Virus record (IMG/VR): IMGVR_UViG_3300018424_007835
Location: 32,001-96,000 of that record
Source of the DNA: a virus
Strand: one strand, 5' to 3'
DNA: 64,000 bases
Within the stretch, counting starts at the first letter, position 1; each line of letters begins with the position of its first letter. A program made the translations under genes and the position numbers. The notes under the pieces were generated by a model. It ran no database searches. It was not told where the DNA came from and was given only the letters and a program-made list of their open reading frames with translations. Positions 33,648-44,212 of the stretch are shown here, in pieces.

Positions 33648-36600
33648 ATGGCTGCTGAAGAAAAAGTCATAATTAGGGTTGAAATAGACTCCGATATTAA
33701 CAATGACCTGCTTAGCATTGAACGACGCCTGAAGCGGCTTGAGGGTCGCCAGAAGGAGTTTAATCGTACTTCAGGAAAAACGGATGACAGGCTTCAGAGT
33801 ATTGCTAAAAACAGTCGTGGTGTTGCGAAGCACTTAGACGAAGCGGCCGAAGCGACGCAAAAGCTTGATAAGAACACGAATCGGGTTAATCGTCGTTTTG
33901 GTGTTATGCGATCTGCGCTGCGGTCGGTTATTTCTCCTTTGCGAAAATTCATTACCACATTAAGTAAGATTTCTTTTATTGCCTTAGCGGGCCAGGTTGG
34001 GTTGTTTGCTGCTGCTTTAGTGGGTGTCAAGGTGGCGCTATTAACAGGTAGAGCGGCTGTTAGTTTGTATAACACTGCGTTGAAAGGGTTGTCAGTTACT
34101 GCTGCTTCTGTGGTTTCAGGTTTGGCGGTGGCTGCCGCCGCAATTAGGCAGTTTTCTGAAGTTCAGATGGCAGCCAATTTTGGGGGCGGGGCGGCAGGCC
34201 GAACTGCTGCTGCTCGACTTAGCCGTGGTGTAACCTCACAAGTACGGGGGCTTCTCGGCTCGGAGAACACAGCGGCTATTGTTGGTGCTCTTGCCCGTGG
34301 GGGTGTGCGTGGAAATCAGAATGCTCTCATCAGGCAGTTGTTTAATATTACTGGGGGTGACGGTGCGGCGGCTCAGGCTATTGCACAGGCTTTAGCTGGC
34401 AAGGATGTGCGTCAGGCCCAGAGAGCTGTTGAAGGAGCGGCAGGCTTTCAACAGGGGTCGATGAAGGGGATGAATTTTGACTCTATGGCTGCCCTGCGTC
34501 AGTTTGTTGCAGGTGGTGGGGCTACTGCTGAAGGGTTTTCTTCGCTGGGTGACGACATGGCCCGCTCATTCATTGGCACCATTAAGACAGAATTTGCTGG
34601 TGTTGTTGGGTTGTTTGCTGATATGGGTGAACCGCTTCTTGGCCCGTTCCGTGACGCTTTTGTTCAAATATCCAGAATCATTAAAAGTGATTTGATGGGT
34701 ATGATGCAGATCATACAACGGTTTGGGGCGGAGTCGTTTGCCCCCACGTTGGTGACTATTATTGACAAGACGAGTGAGTTTATTCGCAGTAATATTGTCA
34801 ATAATTTGCAAGATGTGGAGCAGATGGGTAAGAACTTTGTGGAGTTCTTCCGTAATGTGCGTGATTTTTTTGGTGGAATTGGTGATGCTTTACGTGCGAT
34901 GGAGCCTGCTGCGAATGTTGTGATTGATATGTTTAGGGCTATGGGTGGGGCGGCTGGTGGGCGTGGGTTGTTTAGGGAGTTTAGGGATTTGATTGTTGAG
35001 AATGCTGAGGCGTTTGAGAATTTTGGTGCGGGTATCGGTAACGTTATTGGGGCTGTTTTTGATTTGTTGAAGGGCGGCCAGGCGGGGTTCTTTAATAGTT
35101 TGGATCGCATATCTGCGGTTTTGAATACGGTTGCGTCTGAGTTGGTTCCGGCTATTGGTGAGATTTTGAATGCGATAACTCCTGCGTTGGAGAAGTTGCC
35201 TGATTTGGTTTCGGCAATTGCTGATGGTTTGGAATTGATTGCGCCTCCGATTGAGTTGTTGGCTAATGCTGTGGCTATGTTGGTTCAGGTTTTGGGGGGG
35301 ATGGGCGGCATTGGTGGGTTGTTGGCGCTGGGTGGCTTTGGGGCGTTTAGGAGCTTTAGGGGAGAAGCGCAGCGGAGAGGGATGACCAACCGGATGCTTC
35401 TTCAAGAAAGGCAAAGGAATTTCAGACGGAACGGTGGATTTAGGGGGCTCGTGCGAAGCCAGGGCCTCGGTGGGGTCACCTCTGCAATGGGAATGACGGG
35501 GATCGGTCTGGGGCTTACGGCTGTGAGTGGGGCGTATGAAAGTGGTAGTACTTCTATGGGCACATTAGGTGGTGCGGCCGGTGGGGCAATGCTTGGTTTC
35601 TCTATTGCTGGCCCTCTTGGTGCTGCCGCTGGGGCTTTAATTGGGGGTATTGCAGGGTACCTTGCAGGGAAGGCGGGTCAGGCCAAGATTGCTGAGGCGA
35701 CAGCGACGGCAATGCAAGAACACATCGGGAGCTTACGACTAATAGGCACTCCTGGGGCACTGACGATTGTGGAAACAAAGCAGGCGATTACTGATTTAAG
35801 CACACACCGGGATATTATTTCCCGGGCTAGGCAGAATCCTGGGATAGAGGATCTTAGGCAAGTTGCGGAAGATATGCGTACCACGACTGACGGCATAGAC
35901 TTAGCTAGTGCGTTAGACACTACTTTTGCTGGCCCGGAGGTAGCTCTTGAAGCAGCTCTGGTGGCCGCAGAGTTTGGCACGACGAACGGTGGGGTTGACA
36001 TTCGGACTGAGCATATGAAAAGAGCGCAGATAATTATGGGGCAACGGGCGCAGATGGCGGGCGGTGGCCCGGGGGGTTTGACTGGTGGCATAGGTGCTAC
36101 CCTGATCGAGGGGGAGTTCTACCAGGAAGTGCTTAGGTCGGCTGAGATGCTGAAGACCTTTGACAGCCCAGAGTGGAGCGAACTGACAGGTACCCTGCAA
36201 GAGCTAGGTATTATTGGGGAGCACTTTGATGATGAAGAAATATATAAGAATTTACCGCAATACTTGGAGGAGGCCGATGCGGCAATCGGTCGCCTTGAGC
36301 AAAATGTTAGAAACTTTGATAGTAATGTAGGTATGTTGCAAAGCACGCTAGGGCTGACCTCAGAAGCGGTTCAAAGTCTAGCTGCTGATTTAGGGATAAA
36401 TCTACAAGGAAGGCTAGACCAACAAGGTACAGCTTTGCTGATGCAGGCTGCGCTTAATCCAATGGACCGCAATCAGACGTTTTTGCCTGATCTTTCCACG
36501 TCTGCTTTGGGGGTGCAGGAGAGGAACGCTACGGCTAGTGCCATGCTTGAGGCTATTGCTGGGGCAGAGGCAGGCGATCTTAATACGGGTATGATTTCGG

Positions 36601-37340
36601 ATGCGATTCAGGCGTTTGCTGCGTATGAGATTGCTTTGGGTAATTCGCCTGATTTGGCTGCTCTTTCTGGTGTTTTTGAGTTGGAGGAGAAGCTACCTCA
36701 GCTTACTGGTGGGGATCCTGAGAAGGAACGTATTCTTCGGGGGCAGATTGAGTCGGCGTATGGGTCGACGTTCCGTCAGATGGAGGAGGAGTATGGTATA
36801 GATGCGGGTAGGCTTCGTACAATTTACGACGAGGCTGGGGGTGGGAGCCGTGGTATTACAGCGCTGGATACTACGCTGGATCAGCGCAAAGATTTTATGG
36901 ATGCGATTGCTGGTACTGGGGGGATGGCATTTAAGGAGAGAATGTCGGTTCTGGACGAGGCGTCGGGCGGTGAATTGTATAAGAGTCGCTCACTTCAAGA
37001 TGCATTCCTGAACAACTTAGCTACGGAGGGCCGGATGCAGGCTGAACGAGCTTTGCAAGGTGGGACTAGCCTTGCAGACGTAATTGACGCTGCAGCGGGG
37101 CAACAATATGGTGAATTTGATCAGCAGCAGTTTATGACCGACTTTATTTCTATGGAGGCTCCGTTGGATTTAGCACGAAACGACCTGTTATCAAATATTA
37201 AAGCTGCCATAGATATGACGACAGAGGCAGTCAACGGGATTAACGTGTCTGACCCAGAACGAGGAGGGACAGTCACCGGGATTATAGGTGGTTCGATAGG
37301 CGCTAAGGTCGGTGCTGGCTCGATGAGGCGCTTACCTTAG
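33648..37340 (+). CDS. Tape measure protein
   Basis: 1230 aa, Ala/Gly-rich and helical with GAAGGAMLG..GPLGAAAGALIGG stretch, after the chaperones. Confidence 0.9.
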   Translation: MAAEEKVIIRVEIDSDINNDLLSIERRLKRLEGRQKEFNRTSGKTDDRLQSIAKNSRGVAKHLDEAAEATQKLDKNTNRVNRRFGVMRSALRSVISPLRKFITTLSKISFIALAGQVGLFAAALVGVKVALLTGRAAVSLYNTALKGLSVTAASVVSGLAVAAAAIRQFSEVQMAANFGGGAAGRTAAARLSRGVTSQVRGLLGSENTAAIVGALARGGVRGNQNALIRQLFNITGGDGAAAQAIAQALAGKDVRQAQRAVEGAAGFQQGSMKGMNFDSMAALRQFVAGGGATAEGFSSLGDDMARSFIGTIKTEFAGVVGLFADMGEPLLGPFRDAFVQISRIIKSDLMGMMQIIQRFGAESFAPTLVTIIDKTSEFIRSNIVNNLQDVEQMGKNFVEFFRNVRDFFGGIGDALRAMEPAANVVIDMFRAMGGAAGGRGLFREFRDLIVENAEAFENFGAGIGNVIGAVFDLLKGGQAGFFNSLDRISAVLNTVASELVPAIGEILNAITPALEKLPDLVSAIADGLELIAPPIELLANAVAMLVQVLGGMGGIGGLLALGGFGAFRSFRGEAQRRGMTNRMLLQERQRNFRRNGGFRGLVRSQGLGGVTSAMGMTGIGLGLTAVSGAYESGSTSMGTLGGAAGGAMLGFSIAGPLGAAAGALIGGIAGYLAGKAGQAKIAEATATAMQEHIGSLRLIGTPGALTIVETKQAITDLSTHRDIISRARQNPGIEDLRQVAEDMRTTTDGIDLASALDTTFAGPEVALEAALVAAEFGTTNGGVDIRTEHMKRAQIIMGQRAQMAGGGPGGLTGGIGATLIEGEFYQEVLRSAEMLKTFDSPEWSELTGTLQELGIIGEHFDDEEIYKNLPQYLEEADAAIGRLEQNVRNFDSNVGMLQSTLGLTSEAVQSLAADLGINLQGRLDQQGTALLMQAALNPMDRNQTFLPDLSTSALGVQERNATASAMLEAIAGAEAGDLNTGMISDAIQAFAAYEIALGNSPDLAALSGVFELEEKLPQLTGGDPEKERILRGQIESAYGSTFRQMEEEYGIDAGRLRTIYDEAGGGSRGITALDTTLDQRKDFMDAIAGTGGMAFKERMSVLDEASGGELYKSRSLQDAFLNNLATEGRMQAERALQGGTSLADVIDAAAGQQYGEFDQQQFMTDFISMEAPLDLARNDLLSNIKAAIDMTTEAVNGINVSDPERGGTVTGIIGGSIGAKVGAGSMRRLP

Positions 37341-37356
37341 ATTGAGGTAATTTATT

Positions 37357-38295
37357 ATGGCTAATAAATTTGTAGCGAAAAGAGTTTTATCTGCCTCTAC
37401 CGGGCAGACTTCTAACCCGTTCAGGACCATTAATCCTCCTGAACGGGCTAGGTTGTCCGTTAAAGGGGATGGAAATAAGTATCTTCCGAAAGAGTATACG
37501 CCACAAACCGAACGTCCTATTATTACGCCACCCAGTAGGACACCTGGCGTGATAACGAGGATAGAGAACTTGCCCCAGACCCTGTCGAATGCCAGGGCCT
37601 CATGGCCGTCTGGTAGACGTGCAGTGTACACAACGGACGCTTTGGGGCGTAAAGTGGTTGCTTCAAATGTTGCGAATGTAGGCCCCATGACAAAAGTTCG
37701 GGCGGCGGAGTCTTTGACATTAGATAGTATTTTTGTTGAGTTTCCGTTCGGGCCGCAGGACTTGCAACACAGTTCCCACGCTGCTCGTATTCAGCAAGTT
37801 CAAAGGCCCGGTTTGCCCCCGTTGCTGGTAACAGAAGGCAGGTCGTTGCGGGTGTGTTCGTTTAGTGCTACTATAGCTAAGCGGGGTGGCGGCACTGACG
37901 CTGCGCTTGTTGAAGGTATTTTGGAGAATTTGTCGCTGATGGCAGAAAACGGTGTCACATTAGAATTTGAGTACGGTTTCAGCAAACTTGACTACGATTG
38001 TGTTATGACAAATTTGACGATGACAGATAGGTATAGGGACCAGAATGGTTATGTTACTCGGGCGGAGGTTTCGATTACGTTAACTGAACGTCCGAGGTTT
38101 AATGCGGATGTTAGGGTTTTGAAAGCAGTGTTTAAGTCTGATGATTTGACTGCTGGTATTCCTGATGGGTCAGGCAACGACAAGGTGATTGACCTAGATC
38201 CGAGAATTCAGGCTGACTCAAACTTTCGGAAGAAGACGTTTGGCGAGGAGAGACTTAGCCCAGAGCGAGCCGCTGAGCTGGTTGGGCTCCTATAG
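37357..38295 (+). CDS. Tail tube initiator/baseplate-tube protein
   Basis: After TMP; FPFGPQD..VQRPG..CVMTNLTM..RAEVSITLTE resembles myovirus tube-initiator proteins. Confidence 0.6.
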   Translation: MANKFVAKRVLSASTGQTSNPFRTINPPERARLSVKGDGNKYLPKEYTPQTERPIITPPSRTPGVITRIENLPQTLSNARASWPSGRRAVYTTDALGRKVVASNVANVGPMTKVRAAESLTLDSIFVEFPFGPQDLQHSSHAARIQQVQRPGLPPLLVTEGRSLRVCSFSATIAKRGGGTDAALVEGILENLSLMAENGVTLEFEYGFSKLDYDCVMTNLTMTDRYRDQNGYVTRAEVSITLTERPRFNADVRVLKAVFKSDDLTAGIPDGSGNDKVIDLDPRIQADSNFRKKTFGEERLSPERAAELVGLL

Positions 38296-38303
38296 GAAAT
38301 TGT

Positions 38304-39491
38304 ATGTCTACATATCTTGAAGCACTTACAGTTGGGGAAGTTGACGACGAAACCCAAATTGACATACGATCACACGTAATATCAATGCAATATGACTTAA
38401 CTTCGAATCAGGTTAGCCAGCTCGACCTACAATTATATGACGAAGACTTTCGAATGCACAACAGCAACTACTTTATGGTAGGCCGGAGAATTGGGTTTAA
38501 CGGAGTTGCGTTTGAAATAGCGGCAGTATCTTTATCTTTCGGCAACATTTCAACTGTTAAAGTCACAGCACGCAGTCAGGCAATGCAGGAAATGCGCAGA
38601 GATAAGCGCACACAGACGTGGAACAAAGTAAGCCCATCGCAGGTTGCTGCAGATATTGGTGCCGCTTTGGGGATGCAACTTTTTATTGAACCTTCCCCTC
38701 AGGTGCCTACCATTACTAAAGAAAAATCTGAGAATCAAGAAGAATCTTCATACGATATGTTGCAGCGACTTGCCCGAGAGTTAGAGTACTTATTTTTTGA
38801 AGCCCATAACACCCTGTTTTTTACATCACCAGAATTTTTGTTGGATCAACAGGCGGCGGGTGGTAATCAGATTGAACTCAAGGTTGGCGCAGCTGAAACC
38901 CAGTCCGATAAATGGCCGGTGTCTACAATTTCGCTTCGCAGAACCGCAGACGGTTCTGCAGCCGCCACTTTTTCGGCGTCACTTATTAAAACTGTGGGAT
39001 CAGTAAGCTTGTTCCCGGGCACGGTTGTTGTGTTTAGTGGGGCGTCAACATTTAATCAAATGCGCTTTATTCTTGAGCGGGTGTCGTTTGATGCAACAGA
39101 GTCTGGGCTTGTAAGCATTTCGGGGTCAACCCCTGAGGATGCTGAAGAAATGTTTTGTATACTACAAACCTTTGAACCAGGCTCTACTGGTCAATGTGTT
39201 GGCCGCATCCAACAGGCGGTTAACGCTAACGAAACAAACGTTTGGGACGCTGACACTACCCGGCAGGTGGCGAGTTTCCAATCTCTTAATGGACTCCCCC
39301 AGGACGGAACGTGGGGGGCAGATGATTGGGCGATGATTAAGGGAGATTACGAGAAGCCCCCTCGCCCAGCTGGGACTAAACGACGAAGGCGTAATCCGAC
39401 GGATTGGTCGGTTATTGATTTCCCGCCGCTTGATCCTGCCCCACCGCCCCCTCCCCCCCGATACGCCCCAGTTCCGGTTGCCTTCTATTAA
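38304..39491 (+). CDS. Baseplate hub (gp27/gpD-like) with C-terminal peptidoglycan-binding domain
   Basis: ESSYDMLQRLARELEYLFF; GSTGQCVGRIQ..VASFQSLNGLPQDGTWG (PG_binding_1). Confidence 0.75.
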   Translation: MSTYLEALTVGEVDDETQIDIRSHVISMQYDLTSNQVSQLDLQLYDEDFRMHNSNYFMVGRRIGFNGVAFEIAAVSLSFGNISTVKVTARSQAMQEMRRDKRTQTWNKVSPSQVAADIGAALGMQLFIEPSPQVPTITKEKSENQEESSYDMLQRLARELEYLFFEAHNTLFFTSPEFLLDQQAAGGNQIELKVGAAETQSDKWPVSTISLRRTADGSAAATFSASLIKTVGSVSLFPGTVVVFSGASTFNQMRFILERVSFDATESGLVSISGSTPEDAEEMFCILQTFEPGSTGQCVGRIQQAVNANETNVWDADTTRQVASFQSLNGLPQDGTWGADDWAMIKGDYEKPPRPAGTKRRRRNPTDWSVIDFPPLDPAPPPPPPRYAPVPVAFY

Positions 39492-39524
39492 TGGCATTCT
39501 GTATGATAAGGGAGAGGTGCTAAT

Positions 39525-42500
39525 ATGGTACGACGAACTTCACACAACACTTCTTATTCGACTGGAGTGACCCGCCCTAGTGGTTTTTACAATGCAGTGG
39601 TTAAAGCTGTAGGCACGGGGGACAATCCTACCGTTTCTGTGACTATTCCACGTATTGGTTTGAATAATATTTACGAAAATGTTCCCGTAATTGGGAATAC
39701 TCCTGTCGTGGGTGACAACATTCATGTGGGGTTTATAGAAGGTAGTTCTTCTGCCCCGGTTGCGATTTCTGTACGTAATAACACAGTATATTTTTCTGAT
39801 TCAGCGCCTGACGTTGCTTTGGTGGGGGATTTATGGCATCGGCTTTCTGATGGTAATTTGTTTGTTTATTACAATGATGGCGATACGCTGCAGTGGGTAG
39901 AGCTGGTTAATGGTATGGGTGTCACGGTGGCAGTAGACCCGCCTGATGATCCTTCCAATTTGGATTTATGGTTAAATTTGACTACGTCGGTGTTGTCTGT
40001 TTATTATGATGATGGTACTAGTTCCCAGTGGTTAAAGGTGGGGCCATCTGCAGCATATACTTTGCCTTTAACTGATGGTTCATCAGGTCAAGTTTTGAAG
40101 ACTGACGGTTTGGGTAACGTTTCGTGGCAAGTTGATGCGGGGGCATCAGCGAGCCCTTCGGGAGTCGACGGTGCAATCCAGTTCTCCGCTGGGGGACTGT
40201 TTGGTTCTGATGAGAACAATTTGTTTTGGGATGATGCCAACAACCGGCTGGGGGTCGGAACTAATACCCCTTCGGTAGAGTTAGAGGTTGATGGGTCGAT
40301 TGTTGCGACGCACATTGAGGCAGAGTTTGATGGGCCAAGTATTGTTGCGATTAAGAATACGTCCGGTAGCACTATACCAAAAGGTTCTCCCGTTTATGCT
40401 ACTGGTTCGGTGGGAGCGTCGGGTGCTGTTGAGGTTTCTGCAGCTAGGGCTGACAATGCGGGGAACATGCCCGCTTTAGGGGTTACCAACACGGAGCTGA
40501 ATCATAACGATCTCGGCCACGCAGTTGTTTTGGGTGTCATACGTGGTATGAATACTTCTTCGTTCAGTATAGGCGCTACTTTGTATGTTGCCCCTACGGG
40601 CGGGTTAACAGATGTTAAACCTGTAGCCACGGCTACACACCTTATCCAGAATATAGGTAAGGTCATTAGGGTGGATGGGTCGACCGGTGAGATTCTTGTG
40701 TCTGGGTCGGGCCGCACGAATGATGTCCCTAATTCGTTTTCCACGTCGGGTAACGTTTCTGTGGGTGGCGATCTGGATGTGGCTGGTAATATTACTCTTT
40801 CGGGTTCGATCAATAGTGGTGCGGCTGGTGCTGATGGGTCTGTGCAGTTTGCTTCTAGTGGGGCGCTTGCGAGCGATAACGCCAATTTTTATTGGGATGA
40901 TACGAACAACCGGTTGGGGCTTGGTACGAGCAGCCCTGCTGAGTTGCTGCACGTTGTTACTGCTTCGGGGGCGGCGTATCTGCGGCAAGATAATGGTACG
41001 GCAACAACTTATCTTGGCCCTGACTCTGCTAACACTGGATCGTTTGGTACTTCAACCACACACGATGTTCGGTTTCTTACAGACAATACGGAGCGTGTGC
41101 GTATTGATTCGTCGGGCAATGTTGGCATCGGCACGACCAGCCCGACTGCTCACAGCGCACAGGTTTTGCACTTGAATGGTTCTGGCACTTCTGCGGCTCT
41201 TAAAGTGACAAATAGTACGACTGGCGCTACTAACGACGACGGATTAGATATTGCTGTTTCTGGAGACGTTGCTTACATTATCCAACGTGAAGCGGCGGAC
41301 TTGCAGTTTCATACTGCGGGCACCCAGCGCATGGTTATTGACAGTTCTGGCAATGTCGGTATAGGCGAGACTGCTCCCCACCGCCCGCTCGTTGTCAATG
41401 ATTACTCGGCTTCTGCTAGCAGCTTCCCGGTACATGTGGCCAACGGTGTTGATGGAGGCGGCGGCGTTCTCAACCAGGAGGCGGGTATTTGGTTTTCAAC
41501 CGGTTCTTCTACCGCCACCACCCGAGGTGCTTATATTTCCGCTAAGAACACTAATGGTGGCGGTAATGCACACGATCTTATCTTCGCCACAAGCGCTAAT
41601 ACTAGTTTTCCTGCGGAGCGTATGCGCATTGACAAGGAGGGCAATGTCGGCATCGGCACGAGCAGCCCTACTTACCAGCTTTCACTCTATAACCCGAGTT
41701 TGGGCACAACGATTGGCGACGAAAAGGCGGCGATCCGAGTTCATACCACAACTGCTAACGACGATTTTTTGGACATAAAAAAACGACGCTGGGCCGCCAG
41801 CAGCAGCTGGCAGTCGAGTGAGTGGCGCATCCAGGCGACAGTCGACTCTACTAAAATGGGTTACATTTCGTTTAATAATCCAAACTATGGCCTGTCGTTC
41901 GGAACTACAGATGTCGAGCGTATGACGATTCAACAGTCTGGGGCTGTGACTGTCACATCCTCTCAAAACAACGCCGCAGGCTCTGTGTTCAAGGTCATCA
42001 ACACGTACACGAACGACGGTCACGTTGTCATGAACATCACTCATGGCAACGCCACCCCGTCATCATCCGGTGGGTGGATTCGGTTTGATGATGTAAGCGG
42101 CAACCAGCATGGGCTGCTGCAGGGAGATGGCGGAGGTATCAACCTGTTCTCAGCTTCGGATCAGCGCATCAAGACCGCAATCGTGGACGCTGACAAGGAC
42201 GCCTCGGTGGCGGTCATCAAAGCCCTTCAGGTTCGGGACTTCATGTGGGACGAGGACGGTGACGGCCTCAAAGATGAGCCAGGGCACGGCTTCATCGCAC
42301 AGGAAGTAGCTCAGGTTCTCCCCTCTGCCGCCCCCGGCGACCCCGAGGGAATGGAGCCTTGTTGGAGATGTGAAGCCTGCACGGCTGAGGAGAACGCAGA
42401 ACTGAGCGACGAAGAACTTCTCGCCGTTTGTATCACGCCGAAGATCAAGGTGATGTGCCTGTCGATGGAGCGGATGATCCCTGATCTGGTGGCCGCTTTG

Positions 42501-42542
42501 CAGAACGCTCTAGCCCGTATCGAAGCATTAGAGGCTAACTAG
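39525..42542 (+). CDS. Central spike (gp5/gpV OB-fold) fused to fibre repeats and a C-terminal peptidase S74 intramolecular chaperone
   Basis: GFYNAVV..VSVTIPR..PVVGDNIHVGFIEG..PV; RIDSSGNVGIG-type repeats; SDQRIK..GFIAQEV..ALQNALARIEALE. Confidence 0.8.
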   Translation: MVRRTSHNTSYSTGVTRPSGFYNAVVKAVGTGDNPTVSVTIPRIGLNNIYENVPVIGNTPVVGDNIHVGFIEGSSSAPVAISVRNNTVYFSDSAPDVALVGDLWHRLSDGNLFVYYNDGDTLQWVELVNGMGVTVAVDPPDDPSNLDLWLNLTTSVLSVYYDDGTSSQWLKVGPSAAYTLPLTDGSSGQVLKTDGLGNVSWQVDAGASASPSGVDGAIQFSAGGLFGSDENNLFWDDANNRLGVGTNTPSVELEVDGSIVATHIEAEFDGPSIVAIKNTSGSTIPKGSPVYATGSVGASGAVEVSAARADNAGNMPALGVTNTELNHNDLGHAVVLGVIRGMNTSSFSIGATLYVAPTGGLTDVKPVATATHLIQNIGKVIRVDGSTGEILVSGSGRTNDVPNSFSTSGNVSVGGDLDVAGNITLSGSINSGAAGADGSVQFASSGALASDNANFYWDDTNNRLGLGTSSPAELLHVVTASGAAYLRQDNGTATTYLGPDSANTGSFGTSTTHDVRFLTDNTERVRIDSSGNVGIGTTSPTAHSAQVLHLNGSGTSAALKVTNSTTGATNDDGLDIAVSGDVAYIIQREAADLQFHTAGTQRMVIDSSGNVGIGETAPHRPLVVNDYSASASSFPVHVANGVDGGGGVLNQEAGIWFSTGSSTATTRGAYISAKNTNGGGNAHDLIFATSANTSFPAERMRIDKEGNVGIGTSSPTYQLSLYNPSLGTTIGDEKAAIRVHTTTANDDFLDIKKRRWAASSSWQSSEWRIQATVDSTKMGYISFNNPNYGLSFGTTDVERMTIQQSGAVTVTSSQNNAAGSVFKVINTYTNDGHVVMNITHGNATPSSSGGWIRFDDVSGNQHGLLQGDGGGINLFSASDQRIKTAIVDADKDASVAVIKALQVRDFMWDEDGDGLKDEPGHGFIAQEVAQVLPSAAPGDPEGMEPCWRCEACTAEENAELSDEELLAVCITPKIKVMCLSMERMIPDLVAALQNALARIEALEAN

Positions 42543-42613
42543 TGGCTATTAAATTCTACGATTCGCCATCCGTAAGCGATACCTATATTGTTGTGGCGGC
42601 TGACAGCGGTTGA
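42542..42613 (+). pseudogene. Truncated remnant of a fibre-type gene
   Basis: GTG overlapping the upstream TAG; MAIKFYDSPSVSDTYIV resembles the N-termini MSINFPDYPSIGQTYT, MAVSLPSDPVNGATYT and MPISLPSNPSDGQTYT. Confidence 0.55.
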
Positions 42614-42671
42614 TGTTTCGTTCACCCGCCTGAACTCAGCTTTGTATAGAATAATCCTTGGAGGTGCTATA

Positions 42672-43736
42672 ATGTCTATCAATTTTCCTGATTATCCAAG
42701 CATAGGGCAAACATACACTTTGGGTGCAACATGGCGGTGGGATGGCAGCACGTGGAGTGTAGTTTCTCGCTCATCGGGCGATGGGTCCAGCAGCGATGTA
42801 GAGACTTTTGTGGCGAGCGCTGCCCCTACTGATGTTTCGGAGGGGGCGTTTTGGTTTGACACAGTGAATAAGTCGCTTTCTGTTTATTACAACTCTGCTT
42901 GGGAGGCTGTTGGGGGTGAAGGGGCACCTGTGGCTTTGATTCAGGAATCAGTGCCGGTCGGGACAGCGGCTGGCGAGGTGTGGTTTCAACCATCTTCTGA
43001 AACAGTTTTTGTTTATTCGGGCACCACGTGGTCGGCCGCCAATAACGGTGTAAGTGTTACGGCTTCCCAGACCGCACCGTCTCCTGCCTCTGAAGGAGAT
43101 TTATGGTTTGACAGCGTCACCGCTGATTTATTTTTGTATTTTGAACCCCAGGGACAGAGCGGCCAGTGGTTACAAGTCGGTGGAAACGTTCTGGCGTCAG
43201 TGACCACTCAAGAGACTACTCCCCTCTCTGCTTCTGAAGGAGATTTGTGGTTTCAAAGCTCTTCTGGTTCGCTGTTTGTCCGGTATACCGGTGCGTGGAT
43301 AGAAGTTGCTGGTGAAGCCCTGCCTCTAATACGGGATATTGATGGTGACACGTTGATTCAGGTTGAGGAGGGCCCTGATGAAGATGTCATTCGTTTTGAC
43401 ACTGCGGGTTCTGAGCGGATGACAATTGACGCAGGTGGGGCAGTTGCGATTGTAGGTACCGCTTCGATTGGAGGCTCCGCTTCGCTTTCGGGGGGAGTTA
43501 CAATTGGGTCTGGTGGGACAGAGTTCACATTACCCACTGTGGATGGGACAGAGAATCAGGTTTTGAAAACTAACGGTAGCGGCGCTGTTTCTTGGGTTGA
43601 CAGAGATCTAGTTACGGTAAATCATGGGAGCACTGCTACCACCGCTCGTCCGACGGGTGTAGATAAAGTGCTGTGGATTGGTACCGCTGACCCGACTAAT
43701 AAAGCGACCGGCGATATTTGGTTGGATTTAACATGA
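42672..43736 (+). CDS. Tail fibre/structural protein with repeated G(D/E/A)xWF modules
   Basis: GGAGG SD; EGAFWFD, AGEVWFQ, EGDLWFD, EGDLWFQ repeats; DIDGDTLIQVEE..DEDVIRFDTAGSERM. Confidence 0.75.
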   Translation: MSINFPDYPSIGQTYTLGATWRWDGSTWSVVSRSSGDGSSSDVETFVASAAPTDVSEGAFWFDTVNKSLSVYYNSAWEAVGGEGAPVALIQESVPVGTAAGEVWFQPSSETVFVYSGTTWSAANNGVSVTASQTAPSPASEGDLWFDSVTADLFLYFEPQGQSGQWLQVGGNVLASVTTQETTPLSASEGDLWFQSSSGSLFVRYTGAWIEVAGEALPLIRDIDGDTLIQVEEGPDEDVIRFDTAGSERMTIDAGGAVAIVGTASIGGSASLSGGVTIGSGGTEFTLPTVDGTENQVLKTNGSGAVSWVDRDLVTVNHGSTATTARPTGVDKVLWIGTADPTNKATGDIWLDLT

Positions 43737-44212
43737 GAATACTGGTTTTTATTGGAAGTGACATAGCAGAAGATAATTGGAACTATGGTGATATAATTTC
43801 GGTGCATCCTGATAACCACCGGTTTGGTAACTACGAATCCTTAGAGGTGTGGGTTGCTGGGGGAGGGGCACCAGAAGAGTTCCCTTCTGCCAATATGGGA
43901 ATTATAGACTTACCCGGTGAGCCCGCTGATGTGAACTTAATGGATGCAGCGTTCTACGAAACGGGGGCAGTGGCGTTTAAGCGTGGGTGGTCATTGAATT
44001 TAAAAAATTTGAGCCGTACAAATTCTGAAAAACTGAACAGTTTGGGTGGGCATATTGTGTTGTCTCGGGGGGAGGGACGTAGGTTAATTTCTCGTAAGAC
44101 TGACGGTCAGCGGCTTCCTCCACGGCTAGAGTCTGATGATGGTGAAAAACATCGTTTTGCTGATACTGAAGTTGGGGTGGCTCCGCCTGGACTTAGGGGC
44201 AGACATGGCTGA
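43733..44212 (+). CDS. Hypothetical protein (possible fibre assembly partner)
   Basis: ATGA overlap with the upstream fibre gene. Confidence 0.6.
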   Translation: MRILVFIGSDIAEDNWNYGDIISVHPDNHRFGNYESLEVWVAGGGAPEEFPSANMGIIDLPGEPADVNLMDAAFYETGAVAFKRGWSLNLKNLSRTNSEKLNSLGGHIVLSRGEGRRLISRKTDGQRLPPRLESDDGEKHRFADTEVGVAPPGLRGRHG

